NCBI RefSeq assembly: GCF_902459465.1
Contig: NC_047062.1
Location: 558,001 to 622,000 of the forward strand
Direction of reading: 5' to 3'
Source: Asterias rubens
Lineage: Eukaryota
Length of the DNA stretch: 64,000 nt
Shown here: positions 60,601 to 64,000 of the stretch, one piece after another
Position numbering within the stretch: position 1 is the stretch's first letter
How the letters are laid out: each line of letters starts with the position of its first letter
The notes under the pieces: generated by a model
Told to the model about the DNA's origin: nothing
The model's input: only the letters and a program-made list of their open reading frames with translations
The model's database searches: none
Translations under genes and position numbers: made by a program

Positions 60601-63312
60601 AATTTGTTTGAAGGGAATTTGATTAAACCCAGGCTCTTTCTGTACTATTTGTTCTAACAGAGCAAGTTAAGATTTGTGACAGTTCTTGGAGCTGGTCTTC
60701 TTGTTGGAACTGCACTGGCTGTTATTATTCCAGAGGGTGTCCATGCTTTATTTGAAGGAACAGAAGGTAAACCTTGGAATACCAAGTAGCATAGACTTAA
60801 AGTACACTTTAGATGGACAGTAAGAATGCTGAGTTGTGTCAATATCTGAATTAGTTGACTGGGAGGGATGGTTTGAGCCAAAAAGGTACGAGACACACAC
60901 ACACACAGTCATTTTAAGAGACAATTAACAATTAATTGTGGTTGTCCAGTGTATTGTCACTGTCAGTTCGATAAAGTCTTTAATATTAACTAATTAGTTT
61001 TATCTTTAGAAGTCCAAATGTCCCCGACAAGTTTTGTTAAGAAAGACAAATAGTTTTGTAGAGGTGTTTTTTAACCAGTGGAATTTGTGAGCATTACGTT
61101 CCTATTATTATTATTATTATTTTATTTGCCATAACAGTACAAAACAAAATACATTGACAATATACCCCGAGATGGGCAAGGGACGACAAAAGCAAATACA
61201 TACTATGATCTGTAGATCTGTTGCCCCACACCTGGGAGGGTACACAATAAAATTAATATAGATTTAACGTACACAAAGCAATAATAAAAGCAGATAATTA
61301 TACAACCAATAGTAAATAATAAATATCTAATAAGAAAATATTAATTAAAAATCTAATAAGAATAAAAAATTAATTAAAAATAAATAAGTATAAGTAACAG
61401 ATAAGGTAAGGATAAAAAATAAAAGGAAATAAATAATAAAAAGTAAACTTGTAGATCAATTAAAACAGCTTAAAATATTGCACAAGTGATTGGGCTAAAG
61501 CTACTATTCAGTAGATTCATGAGATTGGCAGACAAAAAATGTAAGTGATTTGAGAAAGCTATGATCTACATGTACTCTAATATTCAACCCTTATCAAATC
61601 TATAATACATAGCTGAATAGCTATTTTAATACCATTGTTTGGTATTTAATATTAGAAAACACTTTTGTTTCTAATTTGATATTGCATTGATTTTGTTCAC
61701 CCTCAGACTCCCATGTTCACCGAGGTGTGAATCTCCCAGCAGTAGCTCCAGATGGTCAAGCACTTGTTGCACAACCAGCAGAAGGAAACCCCCCAGAAGC
61801 AAATGGTGACGCCCATCATCATAGTCATGGCAAGAGCAATGAGGAAGAGCTCCATTATGTAATAGGGGTGTCCTTAGTACTGGGGTTTGTTTTTATGCTG
61901 CTTGTGGATCAGATTGGAGGCTCCCATGCTCATTCACATTCACAGATGTCAGGTGAGTTTGCTCAGAAATAAACCATTAGAAATATGTTGCAAAGAATCA
62001 GTTTTTACAGTTGCCAAGTAAATTGACAATTTCTTCTGTATACAGTCTATAAACCCTTGCATATGACGGCAAAAGTCCAAAACAGCGCCCTCGTTGACTT
62101 CTGGTAAAACCTATGATTGGCTGAGAGTTGCGTGCAGCGCTTACACATTGTGCATGGGTGCCATTATCTTACCTCACCGATGGCGATCAATGCAAGGGGT
62201 TCAATTATATTATCAATGTTCTGGTGTTTATTTTTTGTTGTTGTGTTGAGTGCATACAAGTAACATACACTATTATGTATGCATTTACTCTTTAGGAGAA
62301 GGTGAAAATCAAGGGAGAACGAGTCGAGTTGGTTTCACAGCAACGTTAGGATTGGTTGTACATGCAGCAGGTATCGTAGTATTATCTTTTTGGTTATAAA
62401 ACTCTGTAAAATGCCTCGGAACCCCTTGGCATGAAGAGACCTGTGAAGAAAATTTAATAAATAAATGTAGATTTTCACTGTTCATGATACTAATCTTTTT
62501 TGGGACATGCCATATATTTTGTGGGTGAATTTATTGAAACGTTTGAGCCAATTTCTGTTAAAAATAACACATTTCTTACCATTTTTACTTTCAAACTTTC
62601 TATCAAAAGAAACTTGTGAATCAGAATTCATCACATTCTGCTAAGCGAAACGTAACTGTGCTAGGCTAATTTCAAGTTCTATGCAGCTCTGTGAAATTAA
62701 CACCTGTGTAAAGTTGTGGGTTTTAATGTTTTGTTGTTGTTTATTTCTTGCCAGCGGATGGAATTGCTATGGGAGCTGCAGCAATGGGTCGTACAGATGT
62801 TCAAATGATTGTATTTGTTGCCGTTATGCTGTTGTTTATTTCTTGCCAGCGGATGGAATTGCTATGGGAGCTGCAGCAATGGGTCGTACAGATGTTCAAA
62901 TGATTGTATTTGTTGCCATTATGCTGTTGTTTATTTCTTGCCAGCGGATGGAATTGCTATGGGAGCTGCAGCAATGGGTCGTACAGATGTTCAAATGATT
63001 GTATTTATTGCCATTATGCTGTTGTTTATTTCTTGCCAGCGGATGGAATTGCTATGGGAACTGCAGCAATGGGTTGTACAGATGTTTAAATGATTGTATT
63101 TATTGCCATTATGCTGTTGTTTATTTCTTGCCAGCGGATGGAATTGCTATGGGAGCTGCAGCAATGGGTCGTACAGATGTTCAAATGATTGTATTTATTG
63201 CCATTATGCTGTTGTTTATTTCTTGCCAGCGGATGGAATTGCTATGGGAGCTGCAGCAATGGGTCGTACAGATGTTCAAATGATTGTATTTGTTGCCATT
63301 ATGCTTCACAAG
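57672..63312 (+). CDS. SLC39A9: Zinc transporter ZIP9, 5' part; continues beyond the window
   Basis: Exons 57672-57767 (GC donor), 60661-60766, 61707-61952, 62296-62370, 63230-63312. They read [102 protein letters not shown]. Confidence 0.97.
58701..60354. mobile_element. Non-autonomous long-TIR DNA transposon (Academ-like), copy 2
   Basis: TAGAGGACCAG...CTGGTCCTCTA, 3-bp TSD CTA (58698-58700, 60355-60357). Same TIR family and GTTGTTGCCTCCCC interior as 9549-12129. Confidence 0.8.
61098..61560 (-). mobile_element. Probable LINE 3' tail ending in (TAA)n
   Basis: A-rich tract and (TTA)n at 61103-61120, plus a short decayed coding-like stretch. Assignment is loose. Confidence 0.4.
62736..63305 (+). 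repeat. 95-bp tandem x6 of SLC39A9 acceptor plus first 76 nt of exon
   Basis: GTTGTTTATTTCTTGCCAG|CGGATGGAATTGCTATGG... at 62755+95n up to 63230. Only the last copy continues CTTCACAAG|GTAAG. Confidence 0.97.
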
Positions 63313-64000
63313 GTAAGTTGCTCAATATGAGTTATAAAGAGCTTCATCATGTCAAAGTTTGGGTTGAGTAACTAGAGCTCCCATCTTTTTTTTTATTGTT
63401 TCCTTTTATAATCTAATATTTGATCCTCCAGCTCCATTCAGTATAATCCACTTTGGATATAAAAGGAAAGAAAAGGTAAACGTTTTAGATGTCAAATTGG
63501 AAATACATTTTAAAGGTGTGTTTAAGTTTACTGAATACGACTACACTCGGCCCCAAGTTCTTCAAAATCAATCAGGGGATTTTGATGATTTTGATAGATT
63601 GAGGCTTATTGAAATTCAACTAGTGGAAGATACCAGTGAAAACTGCTGTTATAAATTTGATATGCACTGTTAATTAAAAGATTTGAACTGGAAGTGGTCT
63701 TGCATTAAAACATCTTAATTCTATAACGCAGAAGTAGTGGGGTCAATTTCCATTCGAGTAGCCTGAGGACTTTTCCTCAAACATAGAAATGGCACTGAGT
63801 ATACATTGCTAATCACACATTGGTGTAAGGGTACAAAATAACAACTGTGATATTTTTATTTTAGTAGTACCCAAAGTTCCTTCGATAAACAAGATTATAC
63901 AGTTCTGTCCTGAGCATATTAAGAGTTATAGTTACTGTTCAGTCATTGTATACTTGCCATACTGTGGACTAGTTATAGTTACTGTTCAGTCATGGACTCA

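Noticed and set aside
62681-63371. Cys-rich 94-105-aa ORF series
   Set aside because: Alternative frames of the SLC39A9 95-bp repeat.

Overview
AT-rich, intron-containing animal genomic DNA. It is probably an invertebrate deuterostome such as a sea star; this is inferred from gene similarity and repeat style only. I could build seven protein-coding gene models by hand from splice signals and recalled protein similarity. In order: the 3' part of zinc transporter SLC30A9/ZnT9 (+), a membrane-anchored M14 zinc carboxypeptidase (+), an orphan ~783-aa single-coding-exon gene (-), TRMT6 (+), Churchill/CHURC1 (-), a divergent ERH (-), and the 5' part of zinc transporter SLC39A9/ZIP9 (+), head-to-head with ERH. 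Introns and UTRs hold many non-autonomous DNA transposons, LINE and SINE remnants, and about 20 tandem arrays. The standout observation is that five of the seven genes carry tandem arrays whose unit is a piece of a coding exon plus its splice site. SLC30A9 has 29 acceptors, SLC39A9 6 acceptors, TRMT6 7 donors, CHURC1 11 donors, and ERH 4 old diverged donors. In every case only the exon-proximal copy gives an intact protein, and extending the exon to a decoy site introduces a nearby stop codon. No searches were run; family assignments come from recalled motifs.
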